Shown here in pieces: positions 8,753 through 18,263 of a stretch of 64,000 nt of DNA. Source of the stretch: Chloroflexota bacterium (GTDB taxonomy: Bacteria; Chloroflexota; UBA11872); assembly GCA_965208215.1 (NCBI GenBank), contig CBDBOH010000003.1, positions 826,129-890,128 on the forward strand. The letters run 5' to 3'. The stretch's first letter is position 1, and every line of letters begins with the position of its first letter. Both the position numbers and the translations under genes were made by a program. The notes under the pieces were generated by a model. It searched no databases. It was not told the DNA's origin and saw only the letters and a list, made by a program, of their open reading frames with translations.

Positions 8753-9508
8753 CTACGCGGCCCGAGCGACGAGGCAGCCGGACCGGCGGGGCACCAGGAT
8801 GCGACCGTCCGGCTCGACGGCGGCGGACGCGAGGTCGCGCAGGTGCGGCTGCAGCTTGTTCGCTAACGAGGCAGCTTGGGTTGGGTTGCTGCCTGCCGGT
8901 GCGCCGCGCAGGTGAAGCCCGTTCACATAGAGCCTCAGCAGTGCGTCCACCGACGGGAAGGCCAGCACTTCATCGCGGAACTGCACGTCAACCGTCCGGA
9001 ACGCCCGGGATAGCGCCTCCACGCCGTTCTCAAGCGTGAAGCGGCTGCGCGCGGTCGGGGCGGCGGCACGTGTGGCCTGATCGGTCAGGCCGGCGCGCCG
9101 GCAGGCTTGGACATGCCAGTCGAGCAACCGCTGCGCGGACGTTTCGCTATCGGCGCTGGCGAGCAGGGCGCCGCCGGGGGCCAGCACACGCCGAAGTTCG
9201 CTGACCGCACGCGGAATGTCCGGCGCGGACGGCAGCACGTGCCCGGCGGTTACGAGTTCGAACTGGCCTGGTGTGAGGGGTAGCGCCTCGATGCTGGCGC
9301 AGATCCCGTCGACCGCGTGCCGAGTGCGCGTGGCGGCTACCGCCTCGGGCTGCAGATCCACGGCCACAATCCAGGCGCCAGGCGCGGTCCGCTGGCGCAG
9401 GGCCTGTGTCATCCGCCCCTCACCACAGCCCACGTCCAGGGCACTGTATACGCCGCGGATGTCAATCAGGCTGAGCTGCCAGTCGTAGAACGAACCGGCG
9501 GTGGGCAC
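8753..9508 (-). CDS. class I SAM-dependent methyltransferase
   Basis: Motif I VLDVGCGEGRMT, then acidic post-I residue and motif II/III spacing (WIVAVDL..., LAPGGALLAS). About 250 aa, typical Methyltransf_11/12 size. Confidence 0.75.
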   Translation of the reverse strand: MPTAGSFYDWQLSLIDIRGVYSALDVGCGEGRMTQALRQRTAPGAWIVAVDLQPEAVAATRTRHAVDGICASIEALPLTPGQFELVTAGHVLPSAPDIPRAVSELRRVLAPGGALLASADSETSAQRLLDWHVQACRRAGLTDQATRAAAPTARSRFTLENGVEALSRAFRTVDVQFRDEVLAFPSVDALLRLYVNGLHLRGAPAGSNPTQAASLANKLQPHLRDLASAAVEPDGRILVPRRSGCLVARAA

Positions 9509-9580
9509 AGCGGCCGCTTCAGTCCGCTCGTGGCTCAGCGACTGCGAGAAGTCGCGTGGTGCGCCGACGGACCCGCGGCT

Positions 9581-10450
9581 TCATATGGTCAGCAGGTCAT
9601 GGCCGGGTCGCAGGCGCCGATGCGCTTCCCGGGCGAATTCCTCGCGCTGCGAATCCTGCTGGCGTCGATAGGCAAGGATGAGGTTGCGGCAGATGCGCGC
9701 GGCGATTTCCTGCGGACTCACGGACGCCAGGTGCTCGGGGCGCAGGGTGAAGCCGTGGGTATGCACGATCTCCTCGCACTCGGCCTGGTTGAGCAAGCGG
9801 GCCCGGTTGAACGGGTCGAGGTACGGACGATCGCGGGCGCCTGGATGGCGCAGGACGAAGTGGGCGGGCAGGCCAACGCCCTCCAGCGGCATGCCAACCC
9901 GGTCGGCCACCGCCAGATAGGCGACGGAAAGGGTGATGGGCAGCCCGGTGCGGCGCTTGACGACCTGATCCAGCAGGCTGTTGGCCGGGTTTGGATAGTC
10001 GGTACGAGCGCCGTCAAACCTCCATGCGGCGTACATGTATTCAGCCAGTGCCTGGAGCGCCTGTTGCGGATCGGCGTCGCGCAAGGGCCCCGGCGCCGCG
10101 TCCGCAAGCTTGTCGAGGAAACGGAGAACGTCGTCGGTATCGATGCCGGGGTCAATGACCCGCGCAACCAGGAGCGCGCCGGTCTCGGCCGGGCCGTTCG
10201 GTTCCATCGAGCGAAAGCCGTCGAGTTCTCCCAGAGCCGCTTCGCGGTGGATGGCTGTGAGCGCTTCGGCGATTCGGTCCGGATGCGCGGCCGTGCACGC
10301 GGCGGACTCCAGTGCAACGACGGCGCGCTCGCCGGCCCGGGTGAGGTGGGCAATGACGCGGGCACGGATGGACGGATCATCGTCGGCGAGCATGGCCACC
10401 ATTGCCTGGACCGCCCGGTCGTCGAGCGTTCGCGCTTGCCCGGTCGTCAT
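9581..10450 (-). CDS. SirB1-N/transglutaminase-like (Transglut_core2) plus TPR-like protein, UPF0162 family
   Basis: Diagnostic block LLDQVVKRRTGLPITLSVAYLAVADRVGMPLEGVGLPAHFVLRH matches the SirB1 N-terminal/transglutaminase-like core family. It is followed by a helical repeat region. Confidence 0.65.
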   Translation of the reverse strand: MTTGQARTLDDRAVQAMVAMLADDDPSIRARVIAHLTRAGERAVVALESAACTAAHPDRIAEALTAIHREAALGELDGFRSMEPNGPAETGALLVARVIDPGIDTDDVLRFLDKLADAAPGPLRDADPQQALQALAEYMYAAWRFDGARTDYPNPANSLLDQVVKRRTGLPITLSVAYLAVADRVGMPLEGVGLPAHFVLRHPGARDRPYLDPFNRARLLNQAECEEIVHTHGFTLRPEHLASVSPQEIAARICRNLILAYRRQQDSQREEFAREAHRRLRPGHDLLTI

Positions 10451-10756
10451 CCCGCGCGGCGGCGGAGCGGTGTCATTTCGATTGCGTCCGTTGACCGAAA
10501 GCTCGGTTGGATTCTGTCACGCGGCCTTGCCCGCAGCCGACATTCGCGACTGGCCCATGAAAACCGTGAAGGCTTGGGGCAGTATGGGGGAGCGTCTCGT
10601 TCTCTGTCGGGTGGGGGCCGTGATCGCGTGCAGGCAAGGGGAGAGCGGGCGGCATGCGCGGCCGGTTCGGCCCCGAAGGCGACCGGCGACACGGCGATGC
10701 TGGCGGGCAGAGCCGACGAGACGACGCTGGCCAACGAATATGCCTAGCGGCACGGC

Positions 10757-11980
10757 GTGACCCAGGGAAAGACCACCATGCAGCAGCCCACGCCGCAAGT
10801 CGATGTGCAAGGACTTTGGAAGGTCTTTGGCGATAAGCCGGACCGCGCCCTGGAACCCGCCTATAGCTCGAAGTCGCGAAGTGAGATTCAGGACGAACTT
10901 GGACTGGTCGTCGGTCTGCGCGACGTGTCGTTTCGCGTGGACCGGGGAGAAATCTTCGTCGTCATGGGGCTCTCGGGCAGCGGCAAGTCAACCCTGGTGC
11001 GCTCGCTGATCCGGCTTGTCGAACCCACGCGCGGCAGCATTTCCATCGACGGCGAGGACGTCCTGTCCTACTCGACGAGCCAGTTAATGCAGTTCCGTCG
11101 ACAGAAGATTGCGATGGTGTTTCAGAACTATGGATTGCTCCCGCATCGCTCCGTGCTCGACAATGTAGCCCTTGGTCTTGAGATACGGGGGGTCGACAAA
11201 GAAACACGCTACCGCATGGCATCGGAAAGCATCGAGACCGTGGGCCTCGGCGGCTGGGAGAACTATCGCCCGAGAGAGATGAGCGGTGGCATGCAGCAGC
11301 GAGTTGGCCTTGCGCGGGCGCTGACGGTCAATCCCGACATGCTGCTGATGGACGAGCCATTCAGCGGCCTCGATCCACTCATACGCCGGGAGCTGCAGGA
11401 CGAACTTATCTCGCTGCAAACCAAGCTGAAAAAGACCATCGTGTTTATCACTCACGATCTCAACGAGGCCCTGAAAATCGGCGATCGAATTGCCGTCATG
11501 CGCGATGGGGAGATCATCCAGGAAGGCTCGCCAGAGGAGATCGTCACGCTGCCGTCAGACGAGTATGTGACTGAATTCGTGCAGGATGTTTCGCGAGCCA
11601 AAGTCATCCAGGCCAAGGCCGTTATGCAGGATTCCGATGTGGTCGTTTATGAACGGCAGGGGCCTCGCGCGGCGTTGCACATCATGGACAGCCACAAGCT
11701 GGAAGCCGTGTTCCTGATCGGGCGCGACTTCACGCTGCGGGGGCTGCTCACGAAGGACCGGGTCATGGCACTCATTGACGAGCGGCGGAGCACCCTGGAA
11801 GGCGCGGACGTCGATCCGGCCACGACCACGACGCCTGACGCTCTAATCGAAGACATCATTCCAATCGCGGCGCAGACACGGCATCCAATCGCCGTGGTGG
11901 GCGACACGCGAGCGTTGTTGGGCGAGATTCGCCCCGGAGCGTTGCTGGCGGGAATGGCCGAAGGCGGGCAGGAGACCTAA
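10757..11980 (+). CDS. proV: glycine betaine/proline ABC transporter, ATP-binding subunit with tandem C-terminal CBS domains
   Basis: Walker A GLSGSGKSTLVR, Q-loop, signature MSGGMQQRVGLARAL, Walker B MLLMDEPFSGLD, and a C-terminal CBS pair. This is the OpuAA/ProV architecture. It is immediately followed by the permease and binding protein. Confidence 0.9.
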   Translation: MTQGKTTMQQPTPQVDVQGLWKVFGDKPDRALEPAYSSKSRSEIQDELGLVVGLRDVSFRVDRGEIFVVMGLSGSGKSTLVRSLIRLVEPTRGSISIDGEDVLSYSTSQLMQFRRQKIAMVFQNYGLLPHRSVLDNVALGLEIRGVDKETRYRMASESIETVGLGGWENYRPREMSGGMQQRVGLARALTVNPDMLLMDEPFSGLDPLIRRELQDELISLQTKLKKTIVFITHDLNEALKIGDRIAVMRDGEIIQEGSPEEIVTLPSDEYVTEFVQDVSRAKVIQAKAVMQDSDVVVYERQGPRAALHIMDSHKLEAVFLIGRDFTLRGLLTKDRVMALIDERRSTLEGADVDPATTTTPDALIEDIIPIAAQTRHPIAVVGDTRALLGEIRPGALLAGMAEGGQET

Positions 11981-11982
11981 GC

Positions 11983-13050
11983 ATGGCTGGGGTAGACAGA
12001 GCGCCACCCGGCGAAATGACCGCGTCGTCGCGCGAGCCGCTCTCCGTGATTCGGCGCCACTATGCTCGGCTGGCGGGGCTAGCGCTGGTTGGCTTGGTGC
12101 TGATCCTGAGCTTGCTGCTGTGGGGCACGGAGATGGAATTCCCCACGACGGTGTCCACTTCCGAGATTCCGACCACGGGCGGCGGTTCCATCACGCTGGA
12201 GCGCACCGTGCGCGAAGTCACCAGCGGGGCCATTGACGATGCGGTTAATCGCATAACGAAGGACGGCAGCTGGCTGTTCGACGGACTGAGCGCTGCCGTG
12301 GACGTTGTGCTCGTTCAGATTGAAAACGGGCTCAAGTGGGTGCCCTGGCCAGCGATTGTGACCGGGCTTGCGTTCCTCTCCTTTGCCGCGGGTGGATGGC
12401 GGCTGGTGGGGTTCACGGCGGCCGCGCTGCTGTTTGTGGGCTTCATGGACTTGTGGGAAAACATGATCGACACCATTGCGCTGATGGTGGTGGCGGTAGC
12501 TATTGCCGTGTTGGGCGGCTTGCCCCTGGGGATCCTGAGCTCGCGGAGTCAGCTTGCCGACAACCTGATGCGCCCGATTTTGGATGCGATGCAAACCATG
12601 CCCAGCTTCGTCTATCTGCTGCCGGGCATCCTGGCCTTTGGCCTGGGGAAGCCAGCCGGGATCTTTGCCACGATCATCTACGCGATTCCGCCGGTCATCC
12701 GCCTGACGAGCCTGGGGATTCGCCAGGTTCCCAGCGAAACGATCGAGGCCGTTCGGTCGTTCGGCGCGTCGCCGTTACAAATCCTGACGAAAGTTCAGAT
12801 ACCGATGGCCCTGCCGACAATCATGGCGGGAATCAATCAAACCACGCTGATGGCCCTGTCCATGGTGACCATCGCCAGCATGGTCGCCGCCGGCGGACTG
12901 GGCGACAATGTGTTGCGGGCGCTGCAAAAGAACGAGCCGGGCAACGGGGCGATTGCGGGACTGTCAATCGTTTTCCTGGCCATCATCATCGACCGGCTCA
13001 CGCAAGCCGTGTCGCGCCGACGGCAGGAGATGCTTCGATCCGTAGGATGA
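11983..13050 (+). CDS. proW: glycine betaine/proline ABC transporter permease
   Basis: Multi-TM protein with the BPD_transp_1 EAA-like loop (IYAIPPVIRLTSLGIRQVPSETIEAVRSFGASPLQILTKVQIPMALPTIMAGINQ). It starts 2 nt after the proV stop. Confidence 0.9.
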   Translation: MAGVDRAPPGEMTASSREPLSVIRRHYARLAGLALVGLVLILSLLLWGTEMEFPTTVSTSEIPTTGGGSITLERTVREVTSGAIDDAVNRITKDGSWLFDGLSAAVDVVLVQIENGLKWVPWPAIVTGLAFLSFAAGGWRLVGFTAAALLFVGFMDLWENMIDTIALMVVAVAIAVLGGLPLGILSSRSQLADNLMRPILDAMQTMPSFVYLLPGILAFGLGKPAGIFATIIYAIPPVIRLTSLGIRQVPSETIEAVRSFGASPLQILTKVQIPMALPTIMAGINQTTLMALSMVTIASMVAAGGLGDNVLRALQKNEPGNGAIAGLSIVFLAIIIDRLTQAVSRRRQEMLRSVG

Positions 13051-13114
13051 TTGAAATAGCCGCCTAGTTAATGTGCGTGAGCCGAGACAGGCCAGGGCCG
13101 CATATCACATGGCC

Positions 13115-13180
13115 TTGACAGGGTCGCTTTGACCAGTAAATGACTGTCGTGCATACTGCTTGTCTAGTTTGACAAGGTCG
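13115..13180 (+). promoter_or_regulatory. two direct repeats TTGACA(G/A)GGTCG 54 bp apart upstream of proX (candidate internal promoter(s) or operator)
   Basis: Seen directly at 13115-13126 and 13169-13180. Each carries a consensus -35 hexamer TTGACA. The first is followed 16 nt later by TAAATG. Confidence 0.35.
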
Positions 13181-13244
13181 GCTTGCGGCAGACAGCAATA
13201 TGGATGGCCGTTCAGGTCGTAGCCTGAGGAGTGGAGGTTTTTCT

Positions 13245-14405
13245 ATGAAACTTGTCAGTAGGCGGCGAATTTTGCAGCTGGGGACAATGGGCGTTGCAGG
13301 CGGAGTTCTTGCGGCCGCGTGCGGTGAAACACAAATCGTGGAGAAGATTGTAACGCAAGAAGTCGAGAAGATTGTTGAGAAGGTAGTCACGCAGGAAGTC
13401 GAGAAGGTGGTCACCAAGGAAGTTGTTGTCGAGAAAGTCGTCGAGAAAGTCGTCGAACCGCCGCCTCGAGATAAGCAGAAGCTCATCTTTAGCGACCTCA
13501 ACTGGACTAGTGCCCAGATACAAAACCGGATTGCTCAATACATCGTTGAGAAGGGCTATGGGTATCCGACCGACGTAGTGTTCGGCGCCACGCTACCGTT
13601 ATTCCAGGGTCTGCGTCGTGGTGACACCCATATCACTATGGAGATTTGGCTGCCTAACCAGGACGAAGCCTGGGAAGAGGCAGTGGCCGCCGGTGAAGTG
13701 GCGCCGATCGGCGAGAGCCTGGGTAAAGACTGGCAATCCGCGTTTGTCATCCCGGCGTACCTGCAGGAGGAATATCCGGACCTGGATAGCGTGGAGGATC
13801 TGAAAGAGGAAGAGTTCAAGGCGTTGTTCCGCACGACCGAAAGCGGCGACAAAGCACGCTTGGTGTCGTGTGTCATCGGCTGGGCCTGCGAAGAGGTGAA
13901 CGCCGCCCAGATCGAAGCCTATGGTCTCTCAGATCATGTACACATCGTCAATCCGGGGGATGGCGCGGCCGCGAACGCTGACCTGTACGGCGCGTATGAG
14001 CGGCGCGAACCCTGGCTCGGCTACCAATGGGGAACGAACGATCCATCGCTGGTGTTGGACCTGGTGCGGCTCAAGGAGCCCGAGTACAGCGACGAGTGCT
14101 GGTTCACCACCAAGGCCTGCGCGTACGAAGACGCCACGATTCTGATCGCGGTGCATCCCGACGTGCTGACCGGCGCGCCCGACGTGGTGGAGATGTTGCG
14201 GGCCTGGGGCCTCAATATCGAGGTCTACAGCGCGATTGCCCAGTGGCAGCGGGAAAACGACGGCGCAAGCACCAACGACGCCGCGCTCTGGTGGCTGAAG
14301 AGCAGCCCGGGCATCTGGACCGGGTGGGTGACCGCCGACGCCGCGGCGGCCATTCAGTCGGCCCTGGACGCCAACGACCTTCCCGACGGCTGGCCGGTGG
14401 AATAG
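13245..14405 (+). CDS. proX: glycine betaine-binding lipoprotein (OpuAC/ProX type) with repetitive E/K/V linker
   Basis: ATG 13245 is preceded by GGAGG 7 nt upstream (the track ORF begins at 13200). Tat/lipobox-like signal MKLVSRRRILQLGTMGVAGGVLAAAC. A low-complexity linker (VEKIVTQEVEKIVEKVVTQEVEKVVTKEVVVEKVVEKVVEPP) is encoded by imperfect DNA repeats at about 13340-13460. Then an OpuAC-type substrate-binding domain (WLPNQDEAWEEAVAAGEVAPIGE...). Confidence 0.85.
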   Translation: MKLVSRRRILQLGTMGVAGGVLAAACGETQIVEKIVTQEVEKIVEKVVTQEVEKVVTKEVVVEKVVEKVVEPPPRDKQKLIFSDLNWTSAQIQNRIAQYIVEKGYGYPTDVVFGATLPLFQGLRRGDTHITMEIWLPNQDEAWEEAVAAGEVAPIGESLGKDWQSAFVIPAYLQEEYPDLDSVEDLKEEEFKALFRTTESGDKARLVSCVIGWACEEVNAAQIEAYGLSDHVHIVNPGDGAAANADLYGAYERREPWLGYQWGTNDPSLVLDLVRLKEPEYSDECWFTTKACAYEDATILIAVHPDVLTGAPDVVEMLRAWGLNIEVYSAIAQWQRENDGASTNDAALWWLKSSPGIWTGWVTADAAAAIQSALDANDLPDGWPVE

Positions 14406-14574
14406 ACCGGCGCGGCGGAACCCCGCGCTCCCCGATGGGCCCAGCATCCGGGCGCTTGACGGCCAGGAGTCGATCGGCCTGCACCGCCGGCCGACCGAAC
14501 GCCGGCCCCCGACCGGGAACGCCGGCGAACGGAAAGGCTTGCGTGATGCGTGTCAGGCACGGTTATGTCAAGCG

Positions 14575-14606
14575 ATTTGGCGCAATTTGGTGCCAGTTCT
14601 TATAAT
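14575..14606 (+). promoter_or_regulatory. candidate promoter/operator upstream of the 1173-aa glycosidase gene: tandem ATTTGGCGC/ATTTGGTGC direct repeat followed by a perfect TATAAT
   Basis: ATTTGGCGC (14575-14583), ATTTGGTGC (14585-14593), TATAAT (14601-14606). The 336-bp intergenic region is otherwise GC-rich. Confidence 0.35.
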
Positions 14607-14741
14607 TGCTGCCTTGTGCCGCTCCGGCACGATTTTTCCGAGCACCAACTACCCATACGTCACGCCTCTGAACACGCGCCGGCGCTGACGATGACCCGCC
14701 GGTGCGCGCCGCCCGCGCTCCCCCGTCAGGATTGAACTACC

Positions 14742-17700
14742 TTGAGCCGAGCACTTGATCGTCTGCGAACGTCCTTTGTCAAGCCGGACGGCGAATATGC
14801 GCCGCTGGCACTCTGGTTCTGGAACGGGCGGCTCCACGAAGCCGAGCTTGGTCGACAGATCAGGGAGTTCGCAGACAAGGGCATCGGCGGGGTATTCATG
14901 CACGCCCGCGAGAGCCTGCAGACCCCTTACTTTGGCGAGCGGTGGTGGGACGCGGTCGAATTCGCCGTCCGCAAGGGTCGCGACGCGGGCCTCAAGACCT
15001 GGATCTACGACGAATTCGCCTGGCCCAGCGGAACCGCGGGTTCGCCGGGCGGCCGCAACGGCCAGACTGAGTCCGCCGTGCTCGCCCAGGGAAGCGAGCA
15101 CTATGCCAAGACCCTCACCCGTATGATCCACGAGGTCGAAGGTCCGGCCGAGGTCGGGCTGGAGGGTCGCTATCCACCCGGGACGCCGCTTGCGCAAATC
15201 GCGGCCCGGCTCGGCCCGGATGGAGATCTGGATCCCGAAACGCTGACCGACGTGACCAAGCTGAACGTCTGGGAGTGCCCAGAGGGCGTTTGGCGTGTCC
15301 TGAGCTTCTCCGTCCGCACGGTGGACGATCGGATTGACTACCTCCGCAGCGCGACGGTCAAGGCCTTCCTGGACGCCGCCTACGAAAGCTACGCCGAGCG
15401 CCACTCGGACGCCTTTGGCGAGGGCATTCCCGGCGTCTTCTTCGACGAGCCCTACATAGCCGCTGAGCCGATGCCCTGGACCGACGACCTGCCGGCTCGA
15501 TTCATAGAGGACAAGGGGTACGACCTGCTCACCTCGCTCCCGCTGCTCGTGCTGCGGGGCGGGAACGATACCGTCAAGGTTCGCTGCGATTTCTACGACA
15601 CCGTGGCCGCGCTGTACGAGGAGGCGTGGTTCGCCCAGATCAGCGCCTGGTGTCGACGCCACGGCCTGGAGTGGACGGGACACACCGAAGAGCATGTGGC
15701 ATCCCATCCGGCCCGCCAGGGCGACTACTTTCGCGGGCTGCGTCACCTGACGATCCCGGGCACCGATCATCACGGGTTTCGCTATGCGCGACCGCGAACC
15801 GTGCAGGCGGCCGAGGTCAAACCGGCCGTATCCGTGGCCGCCATGTTGGGCCGCAAGCGCGTCATGGCCGAGGCGTTTGGCGGTGCCGGCTGGGGCGTCA
15901 CGCTGGACGAATTGCGGCACGGGACCAATCTCCTCGCGGCCTATGGCGTCAACATGCAGGTTCTGCATGGGCTGTTCTATTCCATGGGCACCGCCGAGGC
16001 CGCCGACGACTGGCCGGCCAGTCTGGGGCATCAGAACCCCTACTGGCCGAATTTCCGAGGCCTGACCGACTACATTGCCCGTCTGTCTGCGACCGTTGGC
16101 CACTCGCGGGCGGCCACCCCTGTCGGCGTGCTCTATCCCTGGACCAGCATCGCGGCCAACACGGCCGACGGTCGCCCCAACGCGCGGGCGCGCGCCATCG
16201 CCGCCGCGTATGAAGGACTCGTTGACGGATTGACGAGCGCCAGTATTGACGTGCACGCCGTGGACGAGCGCTTCGCCAGCCATGGCCAAGCCCGCCTTGA
16301 GAATGGGCGCCTCCGGCAGGGTGCGCTCACAATCACGAAACTCATTCTGCCGCCGACGCCGGTGATCAGCCCCCAGGCCATGCGCCGCCTGGGCGCGTTT
16401 GTGCGCTCGGGCGGCGACCTGATCGTGATGGGCGAATGTCCGTCCGGCAGCAGCGACGGCGGCTGGCGGCATCGCCCGATCACGCGGGCTATCGGCTCAC
16501 TGTTCAGCGACGCCTCCCACACGGCCGAAGGCACGACGGTCGGCAAGGGCCGTACCTACCAGGTGTCCGAACGGCTGCCGGAGGCACTGGAGCAAATTGC
16601 CCGGATCGTGTCGCCAGGCACCACGGTGGAGAGCGAGGCCGACGTGATCGTCGTCCCCCGCCGACTCGATGGCGCCGAGGTGCTGTTGGCCGTCAACCGT
16701 TCCGCGACCGCGGCGACAGCCGTGGTGCGTACCGACGTGCCCGGCCGTCCCGAGGTCTGGAACCCGGAAACCGGGGACACCGACCCGCTTTCCATTACCG
16801 GCGCACGCGGTCGGCGTCGCTTCACGCTTGAATTACCTCAACACGCCGCCCGCGTCGTGGTGTTCGACACCTCGGTGCGTGCCGCGCGGAGTCGGATCCC
16901 GCGGCCCCAGAAGACACAGACGAAGGATCTGGACTTCAAGACCGACTGGAGCTTCACGCTGGCCGGCGGGATCCCGACTGGCCAGGGGTCGATCCGCCGT
17001 TTCGAGTTACCTGTGATGCGGGTTGCCAGTTTTTCGCTCGGGGCGGGCCGCCTGGAGCAGCTGCGCGATCCCGCCTTCGACGACGCCGACTGGCCCGAAA
17101 CCTGGCTGGCCCGGGCCGGGGCTGACACCATCGGCAACTGGCGGGCCAGCTGGATCACCGGCGTCCGCAAGTTTGGGGGCTGGGCGGTCAAGCGTACGAG
17201 CGACCAGCACCGCCGCCTGCGGTTCCGGCGGTCGCTCGATCTAACGGAGCCGCCGATCAAGGCGTGGGCCACGTTTGTGGGCGTCAACCGTGTGGCCGTC
17301 TACATGAACGGGACGCAACTCGGCGAATCGGAAGACTGGTCCAGCCCCGTGACCTACAACATCATGCCCTACCTTCGACCGGGTCAGAACACCATCGTCG
17401 CCGACGTGGAGTGCACGTCCGACGCGCCGATCTCATTCCTCTTTGAAGGTCAGATTGACCTGCGCTCGGGCGGTTCCATCGTCATCGTGTCCGACGATGA
17501 GTGGGACGTGCAGGCTCCTCCCGCGGAAGTTTGGTCGGGTCTGGACTATGTGCGGGATGTTCCGCTGGTGACCTGGGAGCGTGGGCGTCCGCCGGTTGAG
17601 CCCTGGCGGCACATTCCATTGCTGGGTGAGCCGGTGGCGTTTCCCCGCACGCTCGTCTACCGTCAGCGCCTGCCGGTTGGCTGTGTGGGCATCGGTATTC

Positions 17701-18263
17701 CGAACATCAAGGGCACCCACAAGGTCTACGTTGACGTGCGCGAACGCACGCCCGACATCCAGGGCATCTACAACATCACGACTGGCCGGACGCTGACCGT
17801 GGAGATCGAGGCGGCCGAGTTTTCCAACGGCATCCTGGCGCCGCTGGCGCTGTTCACGCGGCCGACCACCGTGGCCCTCCAGCCTTGGGCCAACTTTGGA
17901 TATGGCTGGTTCTCGGGCACCGGCATCTACGAGCGTAGCTTCGAACTGACCGCCGACCAGTCGAACGCAGAGGTCACCCTGGACCTGGGCGACGTGCGTC
18001 ATCACGCCGAGGTCTTTGTCAACAACCGCCGGGTCGACGTGCGCTTGTGGCCGCCGTACAAGTTTGACCTCAGCGGCTACGTACACACGGGGACCAACAG
18101 CCTGCGGGTGCGGGTCAGCAACCTCTACGCGAACGAGATGCGCTGGAAGCGGGACGAGTCCAAGATGGGCAATGCCTGGCACCGCTACTGGCACGAGGAC
18201 AACATCGAAGCCGAGTCGCTCGTCTCGGGATTGCTCGGTCCGGTTCAGCTGCGCGTGGGCTAG
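14742..18263 (+). CDS. large cytoplasmic multidomain glycoside-hydrolase-like protein (family uncertain, possibly GH106-like) with two C-terminal GH2-N/galactose-binding-like jelly-roll domains
   Basis: TTG start at 14742 and no signal peptide. N-terminal block PLALWFWNGRLHEAELGRQIREFADKGIGGVFMHARE...WIYDEFAWPSG resembles the N-terminus of large bacterial glycosidases. Two later segments fit the sugar-binding jelly-roll pattern of GH2 and rhamnosidase N-domains: KAWATFVGVNRVAVYMNGTQLGE...YNIMPYLRPGQNTIVADV and EVTLDLGDVRHHAEVFVNNRRVDVRLWPPYKFDLSGYVHTGTNSLRVRVSN. Confidence 0.55.
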   Translation: MSRALDRLRTSFVKPDGEYAPLALWFWNGRLHEAELGRQIREFADKGIGGVFMHARESLQTPYFGERWWDAVEFAVRKGRDAGLKTWIYDEFAWPSGTAGSPGGRNGQTESAVLAQGSEHYAKTLTRMIHEVEGPAEVGLEGRYPPGTPLAQIAARLGPDGDLDPETLTDVTKLNVWECPEGVWRVLSFSVRTVDDRIDYLRSATVKAFLDAAYESYAERHSDAFGEGIPGVFFDEPYIAAEPMPWTDDLPARFIEDKGYDLLTSLPLLVLRGGNDTVKVRCDFYDTVAALYEEAWFAQISAWCRRHGLEWTGHTEEHVASHPARQGDYFRGLRHLTIPGTDHHGFRYARPRTVQAAEVKPAVSVAAMLGRKRVMAEAFGGAGWGVTLDELRHGTNLLAAYGVNMQVLHGLFYSMGTAEAADDWPASLGHQNPYWPNFRGLTDYIARLSATVGHSRAATPVGVLYPWTSIAANTADGRPNARARAIAAAYEGLVDGLTSASIDVHAVDERFASHGQARLENGRLRQGALTITKLILPPTPVISPQAMRRLGAFVRSGGDLIVMGECPSGSSDGGWRHRPITRAIGSLFSDASHTAEGTTVGKGRTYQVSERLPEALEQIARIVSPGTTVESEADVIVVPRRLDGAEVLLAVNRSATAATAVVRTDVPGRPEVWNPETGDTDPLSITGARGRRRFTLELPQHAARVVVFDTSVRAARSRIPRPQKTQTKDLDFKTDWSFTLAGGIPTGQGSIRRFELPVMRVASFSLGAGRLEQLRDPAFDDADWPETWLARAGADTIGNWRASWITGVRKFGGWAVKRTSDQHRRLRFRRSLDLTEPPIKAWATFVGVNRVAVYMNGTQLGESEDWSSPVTYNIMPYLRPGQNTIVADVECTSDAPISFLFEGQIDLRSGGSIVIVSDDEWDVQAPPAEVWSGLDYVRDVPLVTWERGRPPVEPWRHIPLLGEPVAFPRTLVYRQRLPVGCVGIGIPNIKGTHKVYVDVRERTPDIQGIYNITTGRTLTVEIEAAEFSNGILAPLALFTRPTTVALQPWANFGYGWFSGTGIYERSFELTADQSNAEVTLDLGDVRHHAEVFVNNRRVDVRLWPPYKFDLSGYVHTGTNSLRVRVSNLYANEMRWKRDESKMGNAWHRYWHEDNIEAESLVSGLLGPVQLRVG

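Noticed and set aside
14649-16472. 607-aa minus-strand ORF antisense to the large glycosidase gene, and the many similar long antisense ORFs (for example 1164..2276+, 2097..3275-, 9317..10747+, 22426..23784-, 23830..25050-, 30050..31351-, 31512..33215-, 38538..40274+, 40087..41256+, 41548..42669+, 46328..47344-, 49074..49988-, 56357..57610-)
   Set aside because: All lie opposite genes with strong, family-diagnostic protein signatures. Their translations are Arg/Gly/Ala/Pro-rich low complexity with no recognisable motifs. Long shadow ORFs are expected at this GC content because stop codons are AT-rich.
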